Shown: positions 9,011 to 18,441 of the stretch, one piece after another
Position numbering within the stretch: position 1 is the first letter of the stretch
How the letters are laid out: the number at the start of each line of letters is the position of its first letter
IMG/VR virus record: IMGVR_UViG_3300005965_000002
Location: 1 to 64,000 of that record
Reading direction: 5' to 3' (one strand)
DNA length: 64,000 bases
Program-made: the position numbers and the translations under genes
The notes under the pieces: generated by a model
What the model saw: only the letters and a program-made list of their open reading frames with translations
Told to the model about the DNA's origin: nothing
Database searches by the model: none

Positions 9011-11026
9011 TCATTTTTTCTTCCCATATGTTTTTCTTTTAAATTCAATAGGATTACATTCCATATCAAACATTCTCTTACATGCTGGAAAACCTGAGCA
9101 CCCTCCAAATTCTTTACCTGTCTTTGTAGACTTGCGGATAGCAACGGGCTTTCCGCACTTATCACATTTAAAAGGTTTTCCCGAGGAGTCCTTTAAGTAG
9201 TTAACTTTTTTAACGACGGGGGAGCCGTCATCACCTATTTGAAAGGTGGCTTTGCATTTAGCCTTGCCTTTTTCCATAAATCCGGCACATCCGTAGAACT
9301 CCCCATAGCGACTTTTTCGTATTACTAACTTATGAGTTTTACATATAGGACAGACAATATCTGTCTCTTCTGCTTTCTTCATACTTTTTGCTGTTTTTGC
9401 TGCGCCGATTCTTTTTTGTAATTCGCTGTAAAAATCATCTACAGTTTCATACCATACTAACGTACCCGCAGCTATCTCATCAAGTTTATCTTCGATACGG
9501 GCGGTATATTTTGTGTCCATTAATTCGGGGAATGCCCCCTTAAGAAAGTCGCTTACTGTTGTCCCGAGTTCTGTAGCTATAAACTTTTTGCCTTGTCTTT
9601 CAACATATGCTCGTTTTATTAAAGTGTCGATAATGGAAGCATACGTGGAAGGTCTACCCACACCGTTTTCTTCTAATGTCTTCACCAGGGAGGCATCATT
9701 GTAGTGTGGCGGCGGTTGGGTAAAATGCTGAGAAGGATCCACTACTAAAAGATTCGAATCCTCTCCCTTATTTATTTCAGGCAAGATCTGATCTTTAGAA
9801 GAGCCGAAGGACCAAACTTTTAAGAATCCGTCGAATTTTAACTTCTGACCGCTTGTCTGGAACTCATGCTTTTTCGACCCGCTTTCGACGGTAATCTTCA
9901 TCGTGTCGAAGATTGCGCTCTCCATTTGACTAGCTACAAATCTTTGGTAAATACCTTTATATAGTTTTATCTCGTCCGGAGAGTTAGCATTCACTACATT
10001 TAAGTCAGTAGGTCTAATGCCCTCATGAGCTTCCTGAGCAGATTTGGATTTAGTTTTAAATAAGCGAGGTTTAGAAGGTAGATATTTATTACCATAGGAC
10101 CCCTTTATATGGTCTCTCACAGCGACCATAGCTTCTTTACTAATATTTAGTGAGTCGGTCCTCATGTATGTGATTAGTCCGCTTTCATACAACTTCTGAG
10201 CTACGCTCATCGTTTTTTTACCAGGCCAGCCGTAAACAGCGGAAGCAAATTGTTGTAAAGATGAGGTGTTAAAGACAGGATAGGGGCTACGGGTTTTCTC
10301 AGATTCCTTTACATCTTTAATTTTCCAGGAATCCTCAGCCTTTATAGAATCGACAACTTCTGTAGCTTCTTTTTCGTTTTTAATCTTTTCTTTTTTTACA
10401 TAAGAAGCCTTAAAGCTATCCTTACGAGGAGTAGCAAAAGTCCCCTCAATTTCCCAATACTCCTCGGGTTTAAAGGCGTCTATCTCTTTTTGTCTCTCTG
10501 CTATGAGCATCAACCCAATAGATTGTACCCTACCGGCGCTCGTACCCTTACATACTTTTCTCCACAATACAGGAGAAACACCATATCCTACTAGCCGGTC
10601 CAGTACAGCACGGGCTTGCTGTGAGTGATACATTTCTTCATTCAGATCGCCTGGATTGGCAAAGGCTTTATGTATAGCTGATTTTGTGATCTCATGAAAT
10701 GTGGTGCGTTTGATAGGGCAAGCGTTTTTAATAGCAAATTTAGCTAGATGCCAGCCAATTGCTTCTCCCTCTCTATCAGGGTCAGAAGCTATGTAGCAGA
10801 GACTGCTTTTCTTAGCCGCCTCTTTGATCTCTTTTATTACCTTACTCTTTTTTTCAGCTATTACATATTTAGGCGCGTACTGGTTATCAACATCAATCGA
10901 AAGCCCTTTAGGATCTATTTGGTAACAGTGCCCAAAGGAAGCTTTAACCACGTACCCGGATCCCAGGTAGCTTTGTATTTTTTTAATCTTCGCAGGACTC
11001 TCAACAATAACTAAGATCTTTCCCAT
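9011..11026 (-). CDS. topA: DNA topoisomerase I (type IA) with C-terminal zinc ribbons
   Basis: IVESPAK, DPDREGE, SAGRVQS, ITYMRTDS, GRPST motifs. Confidence 0.97.
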   Translation of the reverse strand: MGKILVIVESPAKIKKIQSYLGSGYVVKASFGHCYQIDPKGLSIDVDNQYAPKYVIAEKKSKVIKEIKEAAKKSSLCYIASDPDREGEAIGWHLAKFAIKNACPIKRTTFHEITKSAIHKAFANPGDLNEEMYHSQQARAVLDRLVGYGVSPVLWRKVCKGTSAGRVQSIGLMLIAERQKEIDAFKPEEYWEIEGTFATPRKDSFKASYVKKEKIKNEKEATEVVDSIKAEDSWKIKDVKESEKTRSPYPVFNTSSLQQFASAVYGWPGKKTMSVAQKLYESGLITYMRTDSLNISKEAMVAVRDHIKGSYGNKYLPSKPRLFKTKSKSAQEAHEGIRPTDLNVVNANSPDEIKLYKGIYQRFVASQMESAIFDTMKITVESGSKKHEFQTSGQKLKFDGFLKVWSFGSSKDQILPEINKGEDSNLLVVDPSQHFTQPPPHYNDASLVKTLEENGVGRPSTYASIIDTLIKRAYVERQGKKFIATELGTTVSDFLKGAFPELMDTKYTARIEDKLDEIAAGTLVWYETVDDFYSELQKRIGAAKTAKSMKKAEETDIVCPICKTHKLVIRKSRYGEFYGCAGFMEKGKAKCKATFQIGDDGSPVVKKVNYLKDSSGKPFKCDKCGKPVAIRKSTKTGKEFGGCSGFPACKRMFDMECNPIEFKRKTYGKKK

Positions 11027-11285
11027 TTATACCTCATATGATTTGTCGTATCAATTCATTAAGTTCTGGCTCACCATACCAAAAAAAATATTGGTAATTT
11101 TCATAACTGATGTATATTATTCCTACTTCTTTTTTTATGTGTTTTCTCAAATGATCTATTACAGAGGGAGTACACATAGATACTCTTAAAGAGGCTATAA
11201 TGTGGCTCGGGAATTCTTTTATAGCATCCCGGACTCTCCTGTATATTTTTTCTTTTTCTGTAATATATCGATTCATAAGAAATAA

Positions 11286-11361
11286 TGGTGGAGCCGGTCG
11301 GGATCGAACCGACGACCGCTAGCTTGCAAAGCTAGTGCTCTCCCAATTGAGCTACGGCCCC
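11286..11361 (-). tRNA. tRNA-Ala(TGC)
   Basis: Loop TTTGCAA; G3:U70; CCA. Confidence 0.94.
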
Positions 11362-11645
11362 TTATTCAGAAAAATTGGCAGAATTCTTTATATGTTTTTT
11401 AGTTTCTATTCTATTGACTAATATCCCAATGAGGTTTGTAAAAGAATTTACCTCAGTAGCTTCAACGTAATAGCAGCCCCCGCCGAGAGCCGGTTCAATG
11501 TTGAAAAGGATACCCATCCATAAGCCGGTTACAGGGTCCTGGGCAATCTCTCTAACGAGCCATCCTTTAGGTATAAGGCTAAGGACGCTTTCTTCTTGAT
11601 TTTTGGGTTTGCTTTTAAAAAATGAAAACATAGGCATTTAATTGT

Positions 11646-11731
11646 TGGTGCTCCGGGGGAGACTCGAACTCCCAAGGGCAGTGCCCGCCAGATTTTGAAT
11701 CTGGTGCGTTTACCAATTCCACCACCGGAGC
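11646..11731 (-). tRNA. tRNA-Leu(CAA)
   Basis: CCAGA-TTCAAAA-TCTGG; CCA. Confidence 0.93.
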
Positions 11732-12406
11732 TAAAGAATGATTGTTTTGCTTTCTCTACAAGTTTCTTCCAAACGGTTGTACTCAGTTTTGGGTACTGTC
11801 TGTGTGCGGTACTGATGATATGAGGCGATACCCATTCCAAGAAGAAGGATGCTGAGGAGAGCAGCACTTATGAATAAGCCATCACCTGACGTGGCTGCTA
11901 AAGCTACTGAAAGAATGACAATAAAAAAGAGGAAAGAGATAACTATTACTAAAAAAATAGGTAGCATACTAGTCCTTTTTTGAGGCGTCGCGCTTATAGA
12001 TATCACATTTAGATATACCACATTTGCTGATGCCCTCTAGTGTTCTTTGTTCCAGGTCAGAATAGTCTTCCCACGGAATAATCGGGGTAAATGATTCTTT
12101 GGCTTTCTTCCCCATCTCAGTACGGCTTTGAATATTTTCTATGTTAGGCTTATCCAATGTTATTCCTTTACTTCTCCTGAAAATATGTGATTGTCGCATT
12201 TAACTACATCATCTTGACAGGTATCTTTTAGTACCGGATGATGCCCTCTAAATTCAGGATTGCTCATGCATTTAGGCCATTTATCAGTATGGTCACACAT
12301 AATGCATAAATTAGGTAATGTAGCTAATTCATTCATAAATACTTCCTGAAAAAATGGTACTCGGGACGAGATTCGAACTCGTACGGGGTTACCCCCAATG
12401 GATTTT

Positions 12407-13174
12407 CTTACTACTCTTGCTTTCACAAGCCGCTATAACGTTGTAGTCTGGACTATATCATCTCCTTAGTAAAACCTTAGGAGGGACGTGCATAGTCTCT
12501 GAACCTTCCCCATTTTAAAGGGGCTCGGCTGCTGATTACCCAATCTCTGATAGTTTTTTAACTTTCACACCCGCTGTTTTCAGCCATGTTGTAGTCATCT
12601 GAGCTATAAGGGCTTTCCAGCAATTCTCGTCCTGCTCACCTATTGATTTCTCAATAAGGGCTCTTTGATCCCTTATAAAAAAGTGAAGCCTGCCATGCTG
12701 CATCCTACTAATAATTATCATGTTACTTAAAGAGTTGTCTTTTATATCACCGTTAATATGATGAATAACTTCGTTATAAGAAAGTTTTCTCTTCAAAACT
12801 TGTTCAGCTATTACCCGGTGTATATCTTTAGAACTTCCTTTAAGTTTATTGTAATTACCAGTAGCATTGTTACCTATTTTTGAGACTTTTCTATAGCATT
12901 CTAAACAGTACTTTTGGTCTTTGTGGTTTAGCTTAATTTTTTTAGTGCATAAAACACAAAATCCCCAACCGTATCTATTTTTGTAAGCCGCTCCTCCTTT
13001 TTGAAGATAAAAATATTTACGTCTTTCTAGGTAACAAGGATTACAGTATCGTCTTCCTTTTGTTGGCGGGATCTTTTTACATTTAACACAAAGCCTCTCC
13101 ATAATAACTCCTTTTATTGGAAGGACCAATATTAGGAGATTATGGTGGACACAACGTGTCAAGTGTAAAAAACA
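12407..13174 (-). ncRNA. group I intron (768 nt) in anticodon of tRNA-Leu(TAA)
   Basis: After U34, ends ...AGTAGTAAG; TCAGAGACTA and GATATAGTCC core elements. Confidence 0.9.
12536..13102 (-). CDS. intron-encoded HNH homing endonuclease with zinc fingers
   Basis: HRVIAE..L.R.L...EVIHHING...DN...N motif; CxxC pairs; start at ATG 13102 with RBS GGAG. Confidence 0.85.
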   Translation of the reverse strand: MERLCVKCKKIPPTKGRRYCNPCYLERRKYFYLQKGGAAYKNRYGWGFCVLCTKKIKLNHKDQKYCLECYRKVSKIGNNATGNYNKLKGSSKDIHRVIAEQVLKRKLSYNEVIHHINGDIKDNSLSNMIIISRMQHGRLHFFIRDQRALIEKSIGEQDENCWKALIAQMTTTWLKTAGVKVKKLSEIG

Positions 13175-13268
13175 AAGTCCACAGTGTCTACCATTCCACC
13201 ACCCGAGCATGTCAAAGATCATCTCATATGAATATACTCCTTTGATTATTCTAATTAAAGTAAAAAAG

Positions 13269-13352
13269 TGCGGAGAAAGGGACTCGAACCCTTAATCTCA
13301 TTTAGAGAATTAGCTCCTCGGGCTAACGTGTATACCATTCCACCATCTCCGC
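13269..13352 (-). tRNA. tRNA-Leu(GAG), with C33
   Basis: TTAGC-CCGAGGA-GCTAA; no CCA. Confidence 0.88.
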
Positions 13353-13393
13353 AATTATCTTTTGATATCCTTTTGTAGAAAAAGGAGATATGT

Positions 13394-13825
13394 ATGATAA
13401 TCAAAAAACTGGAAAAATATGCTTCTATCTTAGAAGATAGAGGTATGAAAAAGCAGGCTTTTGAAATAGATTTAATTTGCAATAGCATAGAAAAAGCAGC
13501 TTTTAAGTTTCCATGGACTAAGAAAAAAGAGCAAGACAAAGCTGAACTTGAGCAACTTATAGGTGACCGGGTAAAGAGCGATAATAAGTTTCTGGCTAAT
13601 AAGATTGAGATCTATGATCGTCAAAAAAACTTTTCTTCTGAGGGCCGCGTAAGGACCAAAAACCCTCCTAAAGAATTTAAGAACAAGTTTGTTGAGGGTC
13701 CAGATGGGTATTGGTACCTTCAGGATGATAGAGCGATGAGCGTACAGAAGTTTCCAGATAAAATGGTTCTATACGATGACTCTAAAGACCTTGGCGTACC
13801 GGTCCAAGGGTTAGAGATAATGTAA
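13394..13825 (+). CDS. hypothetical protein carrying the recurring LExKGxxKxAxxxD motif
   Basis: RBS AAGGAG; N-terminal motif shared with ORFs 24393, 27907 and 57509. Confidence 0.7.
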   Translation: MIIKKLEKYASILEDRGMKKQAFEIDLICNSIEKAAFKFPWTKKKEQDKAELEQLIGDRVKSDNKFLANKIEIYDRQKNFSSEGRVRTKNPPKEFKNKFVEGPDGYWYLQDDRAMSVQKFPDKMVLYDDSKDLGVPVQGLEIM

Positions 13826-13931
13826 AGACCGACCTCAGCTTCATAGGTTTAGCGTTGTTTCGCCTGCCACGCCTCAGCAGAGGGCCCGGGGTTCTGCGGG
13901 CCCAGGCGCACTTCCTGGTTTCTGGTCTTTA
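13823..13931 (-). ncRNA. putative structured small RNA within the tRNA array
   Basis: GC-rich island closed by TAAAGACC/GGTCTTTA; internal GGGCCC hairpin whose loop GCAGA matches downstream TCTGC. Confidence 0.55.
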
Positions 13932-13940
13932 ATGTAAAAA

Positions 13941-14025
13941 TGGGAGCACTAGGACTCGAACCTAGGAAGGCCGCTACAGCCGCCGGAGCTACAATCCGGT
14001 GCATTCGCCGCTATGCTATACTCCC
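13941..14025 (-). tRNA. tRNA-Tyr(GTA)
   Basis: CCGGA-TTGTAGC-TCCGG, long variable arm; no CCA. Confidence 0.9.
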
Positions 14026-14041
14026 TTAATCGGTAGTTAAA

Positions 14042-14124
14042 TGCTGACGGAGAGACTCGAACTCTCATGAGCATAAGCCCACCAGGTCCTGAACCTGGCG
14101 TGTCTACCATTCCACCACATCAGC
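14042..14124 (-). tRNA. tRNA-Leu(CAG)
   Basis: CCAGG-TTCAGGA-CCTGG; no CCA. Confidence 0.92.
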
Positions 14125-14130
14125 GAAAAA

Positions 14131-14204
14131 TGGAGACGGGATCGGGATTCGAACCCGAGATGGGAGTTTTGCAGACTCCTGCCTTACCGCTTGGCTATCC
14201 CGTC
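14131..14204 (-). tRNA. tRNA-Cys(GCA)
   Basis: GGAGT-CTGCAAA-ACTCC; U73; CCA. Confidence 0.93.
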
Positions 14205-14290
14205 TTAAAAGGAAGACTCTATGAAACAGAGTCTTCCCTCTATATAAAAAGGACAATTTCCTAACTAATGTGCCTATCAATGCGTCAAAA

Positions 14291-14302
14291 TGTCAAAGAG
14301 CA
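14291..14302 (-). promoter_or_regulatory. boxA-like antitermination element TGCTCTTTGACA
   Basis: One mismatch to rrn boxA TGCTCTTTAACA; lies upstream of a hairpin+T4 (14207-14237) and the tRNA block. Confidence 0.7.
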
Positions 14303-14308
14303 ATCTAA

Positions 14309-14458
14309 CTATCGAGTTTTGATGATCTTCACTCGATCTATTCTTTTTCTAACTTCTTCTTCAGGCATCATAGCTACCATACGCCGAGCTTGAGCCTTGC
14401 TTACACAAATTCTTTTTTCAATCAATCCGTCAATGAGTTCGTTTTTCTTATCTTCCAT
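14309..14458 (-). CDS. 49-aa protein with S4-like motif (not in ORF track)
   Basis: RBS AGGAGG; MEDKKNELIDGLIEKRICVSKAQARRMV... Confidence 0.55.
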   Translation of the reverse strand: MEDKKNELIDGLIEKRICVSKAQARRMVAMMPEEEVRKRIDRVKIIKTR

Positions 14459-14474
14459 ATCTCCTCCTAAACGC

Positions 14475-14715
14475 AAAAAACCCCTCCCAGGTTTGCTGGA
14501 AGGGGTTTTTCTAACTATCGGTATCTTTTGCTTATTTCGTTAGAAGTTCCTCCCAGCTACTATTGTATTCGCACAGAGATATGAATACAATAAGGTCCAT
14601 GCGGCTGATGTCAGCACGGTATGCAAGGACTGTAGTGTGGAGGATGTCGATTTCATTTCTTTTTTCCCTTAAACAAGTTCATTCCTAATATACCTTTTTT
14701 TCGCTGGATATTCAA
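14475..14715 (-). promoter_or_regulatory. attenuator 1: promoter TTGAAT-N17-TATATT, leader ORF 14656-14540, antiterminator, terminator 14510-14475
   Basis: Leader MKSTSSTLQSLHTVLTSAAWTLLYSYLCANTIVAGRNF; GCTGGGAG..TTCTAAC pairs with GTTAGAA..CTTCCAGC of the terminator 5' arm. Confidence 0.85.
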
Positions 14716-14926
14716 AGAATTTTTTCCAGCTTTTCTTTTTGGTATGGAACCGAATAGATTCGCTTCCTTCAAATTATATTCTTCTCTAATCTTAATCAGC
14801 ATCTCTTCAGGGATAGAATCCGGGACACATAGACTTAGTAAGTCTATGAAATTAAAGGTAGTACGCAACTGCTCTCTTGAGGTACATCCCTTTATCATCC
14901 TAATACATTTCGAGTAGACGGCGTCT

Positions 14927-15334
14927 TTATTTAATGACGCCTTTGGCTCGGTCTCTTTCACACGTATCGCAGGTACAAGCCGGGGCATGAGCTTTTCCCT
15001 CCGTTTGATAGTTCACTCCGCAATCCTTCAGAAGCTCTTTAAGTTGAGAATCTGTGTGGTCATACCAGTTATCGCGGATAAATAGTTTTTCTTTTTTATT
15101 AAACAGCTTTCCTTCAGTTTCCTTATAGACAGTCATCTTGCATGAGCGGCCATTCACATAATCCAGGCTGAGCTTTATGGACGGGTCTTTTTTGTGTACA
15201 CTAATTAGACCTTTTGCCTGCTCGTCAGTAAGGGGGTCAGGGGTGAATTGTAGAAAACCCATTCCCAGAGGCCGTGATAGTTCATACACCTTCTTAACAA
15301 ACTTTACCAAGTCTATGCCGGTAACTTCAATCAT
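14927..15334 (-). CDS. hypothetical phage protein
   Basis: ORF track; PLGMGFLQ...DYVNGR motif; RBS AGGAG. Confidence 0.65.
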   Translation of the reverse strand: MIEVTGIDLVKFVKKVYELSRPLGMGFLQFTPDPLTDEQAKGLISVHKKDPSIKLSLDYVNGRSCKMTVYKETEGKLFNKKEKLFIRDNWYDHTDSQLKELLKDCGVNYQTEGKAHAPACTCDTCERDRAKGVIK

Positions 15335-15343
15335 CAGTAGCTC

Positions 15344-15961
15344 CTATTGCTTATGCTTTAAAGTAAAATTGATTGTGTCATTCAGTACTGATCTATCAAG
15401 GATCATAAATCTTCCGAAACCTGTTTTACTGATTGTAGAAGAAAAACTTATTCTATCGTTAAGAGAAAATCTATTTAGTTGACCAAGCCAGTAGTCCAAC
15501 ATTTTTTGCATAGGTTTACTGTGCGTTTTTCTTATGATCACAGAGCTATCTATCATGAGGTATTGATCGCTTGCGCTAAGAAAAAGTTCTTTTTGTTCCT
15601 TTAAAACTTCCTGGGAGGATTCTGGGCTATGTTTAATTAGGTAATCTATTTTTTCAATAAAGGATTCTTCGTCACTACTGCTAAAGAAAAGAGCATCTAA
15701 ATCAGGATCAAGAGTTACTTTTTCAATTAGACTCTTTAAATGTTCAAAATTAGTAATATGTCGATTCCCGTCCAAGTAGACATTTATTTTGTATTCATTT
15801 AAGCAAAAATGAGGTTGCAGTTTGTAGTATTTGTTACTGTAAAGACCACTATTCTCTGCACTGAACTTAGGGAAGACTTTTACGTTCCAACCCGGAGCAT
15901 AAATATTAGGGGAATCCGTGATCAGAACAAAATCAAAGCCTGAATTACTAAAACGGCTCAC
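15344..15961 (-). CDS. DUF616-like glycosyltransferase-fold protein
   Basis: LITD, KYYKLQPH, VYLDGN, DRISF; an upstream VIYTAIFGDYD segment suggests an earlier start. Confidence 0.6.
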   Translation of the reverse strand: MSRFSNSGFDFVLITDSPNIYAPGWNVKVFPKFSAENSGLYSNKYYKLQPHFCLNEYKINVYLDGNRHITNFEHLKSLIEKVTLDPDLDALFFSSSDEESFIEKIDYLIKHSPESSQEVLKEQKELFLSASDQYLMIDSSVIIRKTHSKPMQKMLDYWLGQLNRFSLNDRISFSSTISKTGFGRFMILDRSVLNDTINFTLKHKQ

Positions 15962-16276
15962 ATTCTGAGGCGCGTCATAATCCCCAAATATAGCAGTATA
16001 GATAACAGTGCGAATAGTTCAATATACTTTTTTGAAAAGGTTATTTAAATCTAAATTTCCACCAGGGGTCACATCCCTTCCCATAAAACCGATAATCAGA
16101 AATATTCCAGGAGCAGTAGTACTTTTTATACCCTCCCCCATCCGGAACAGATTCTGATCTTCTTATCTTCCGGTTTGCCTGGTTTTTGTAGTACGCCCTG
16201 GATTTACCTTCGCTGGTTATCCAGAGGTTTTTGCGGTAAGAACGAGACATGTAAAACTCCTTGAAAAAGTTGAGTC

Positions 16277-17830
16277 TTACATTTTGTCCCTCCTTTTTTT
16301 CCATCTTTTCATAAGTTCTTTCTCCATATATTCTTTGGAAGGTTTCTTACCTTCTTTTTCAACGTATTCGTCCTCGATATCATTAACTATTCCAATAGCT
16401 ACTCCAACCTCAGGTCCAGCTTTTATATCGAGCAGTTCTTTTATCTCATTGCCGTTTAGGGGCGGCTTCTTCGATACAGGTACTTTTCTAGCTTGTTCTA
16501 TTTTTTCCCTTAGCATAGGAATTGAGTTACTAGGAGGTATTTTACCTAATTGATCTGCTTCAGCTAAATCGAGTAGAGAATCTACCAATTCGTCCCCAAT
16601 GCTTCTAATGAAACGACGTAATGCCTTTTCTGTAAGCTTTCCTTCTTCTAGATCTTTCGCCAAGGCATGGGGACGCATATGGTTTCTAACCATCTTTTTA
16701 ACCTTGTCGATATCTTTGACCTTAAAGTTCAGCCTCCTCATTATGCCCTCGGCTATTTCAGAGGCGGCAGCTTCATGGCCGTGGTGCTTTATTTCACCCT
16801 CCATCATAGATCTTGTTGCGGGCTTTCCAATGTCGTGCAGCAGAGCTGCCATCTGATTATTAAGACCAGGCTTTGCATTATCAAGCACCATAAGAGTGTG
16901 CGTCAATACATCACCTTCCTGGTGATGCCTCTCTGATTGCGTTTCCTCTTGTAGTGCTTTTACCTCGGGCAGTATGTGCTCAAGAAGACCGGTATCTCTC
17001 ATAAATTTAATCATAGAGGATAGTTTACCGTAATCAGCTATTTTTTCCATTTCCTCTTGGATACGCTCACTCGAAATGATATTAATTCGGTCTGCATTTC
17101 TTTTTACGGAGTCTATCATGTACTGTGGGATCTTCCAGTTGTATTTAGCTTTGAATCTCACAAGTCTGAGCATTCTCAATGGATCGCTCGTAAACATTTC
17201 ATCCAGGTTTACTTTCGGATGACCAGTAAGGTTTCCTTCTTCTATATCCTTCCGGCTACGCCCGGTAAGATCTTTTATCTCACCGGTAGATAAATCTTTT
17301 AAGAGCATGTTGACCGTAAAGTCACGCCTCATTATATCTTCCTCTACGGTGCCCGGCTCGGTTACTCTTTGCCTGGATTTAGGATCGGGAAAGGATTCCT
17401 TCTGGGAGTCAGCAAATTCTATTACTGCGCCCTGAGTCTGGTAGAGGTCACCTTTATAGTTAATGTTTTCCTTAAAGGTAATCTGCCATATCGGGTAAGA
17501 TTTTCCCATTTGATAAGGAGTCGATACAGATCCTGGATTCTCTTTGTTTAACGTAGTATTGATATATTTGGTCAGCTCTTCTGCGCCACCCCCCTTAGGG
17601 CTATCTACCATTATATCCAGGTCTTTGGCTTTTATTGAAGGATCTTTTTTTATTTTACTCAGATACTCATCGCGGACGTAACCGCCGACAGCATAAGCCT
17701 TACCTTTCCAAGGAGTGGTTGGTAGCCAATCTTTAAAAAGTCTTTCTACTTCTTTTTCTGCATCCGCAGCTACCTTTTTTAAAAGGTGGTTAGCTGCTTC
17801 TCTCAGTTTCGCTGCTGTCTTGAGTTCCAT
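16277..17830 (-). CDS. cca: CCA-adding tRNA nucleotidyltransferase with HD domain
   Basis: AVGGYVRD, DLD, RRDFTVN, DPLRMLR, SERI, LLHDIGKP motifs. Confidence 0.92.
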   Translation of the reverse strand: MELKTAAKLREAANHLLKKVAADAEKEVERLFKDWLPTTPWKGKAYAVGGYVRDEYLSKIKKDPSIKAKDLDIMVDSPKGGGAEELTKYINTTLNKENPGSVSTPYQMGKSYPIWQITFKENINYKGDLYQTQGAVIEFADSQKESFPDPKSRQRVTEPGTVEEDIMRRDFTVNMLLKDLSTGEIKDLTGRSRKDIEEGNLTGHPKVNLDEMFTSDPLRMLRLVRFKAKYNWKIPQYMIDSVKRNADRINIISSERIQEEMEKIADYGKLSSMIKFMRDTGLLEHILPEVKALQEETQSERHHQEGDVLTHTLMVLDNAKPGLNNQMAALLHDIGKPATRSMMEGEIKHHGHEAAASEIAEGIMRRLNFKVKDIDKVKKMVRNHMRPHALAKDLEEGKLTEKALRRFIRSIGDELVDSLLDLAEADQLGKIPPSNSIPMLREKIEQARKVPVSKKPPLNGNEIKELLDIKAGPEVGVAIGIVNDIEDEYVEKEGKKPSKEYMEKELMKRWKKRRDKM

Positions 17831-18441
17831 CGATTAATTCCCAAAAATGATCGTTAACAGCTTGAGCTATATCCGGGTCTAGATCTTTTTGGCCCGATAT
17901 TAACTTTTCATGAAATCCTTTAAGGATGTTTTCTTTTTCAGCTTCTTCCATATTCACCATGTTATACAGATTGGTCCTAAGTAAAAACCCTTGCATACTT
18001 TCATTAAATGCTGAGAATTACGAGGGTCGTTCCTAGTAACCAAAAGGCGTGTGAGTCTCCAATCGAACGGGGTAAACTGGATACCAAAGTCTTCTATTTT
18101 CATATGGATTTTTACCCACCACTTTTTATCTCTTTCCTTCTGCTCTTCTTTAAATTTTTCGTAATCTTCGTCCGGGACGTAATCTGTCGGCTCAGCTTTT
18201 TTCATTTGCTCTATTACTTTTAATATGTCATCGGTTTGCTCATCTGGAAAATCGAAGCAGAGTCCTACGCCTTCATCTTCATCGTCATCAGAATCTTTTA
18301 ATAGCTGCCAGATGGCGCACCCAACCCCATCCTTATATCGAATCTTCTCACCTCTTATTTTACCACTCTTAAACCTTATAGTGTCATCCATCTTTTTATC
18401 CTTGTTATTGTTACTTTTTACACGAAGATATTATTAAAGGA

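Larger units (their letters stand above)
12355..13208 (-). tRNA. tRNA-Leu(TAA) interrupted by group I intron (exons 13208-13175 and 12406-12355)
   Basis: Joined exons give GTGGA-CTT|AAAA-TCCAT; CCA. Confidence 0.9.
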
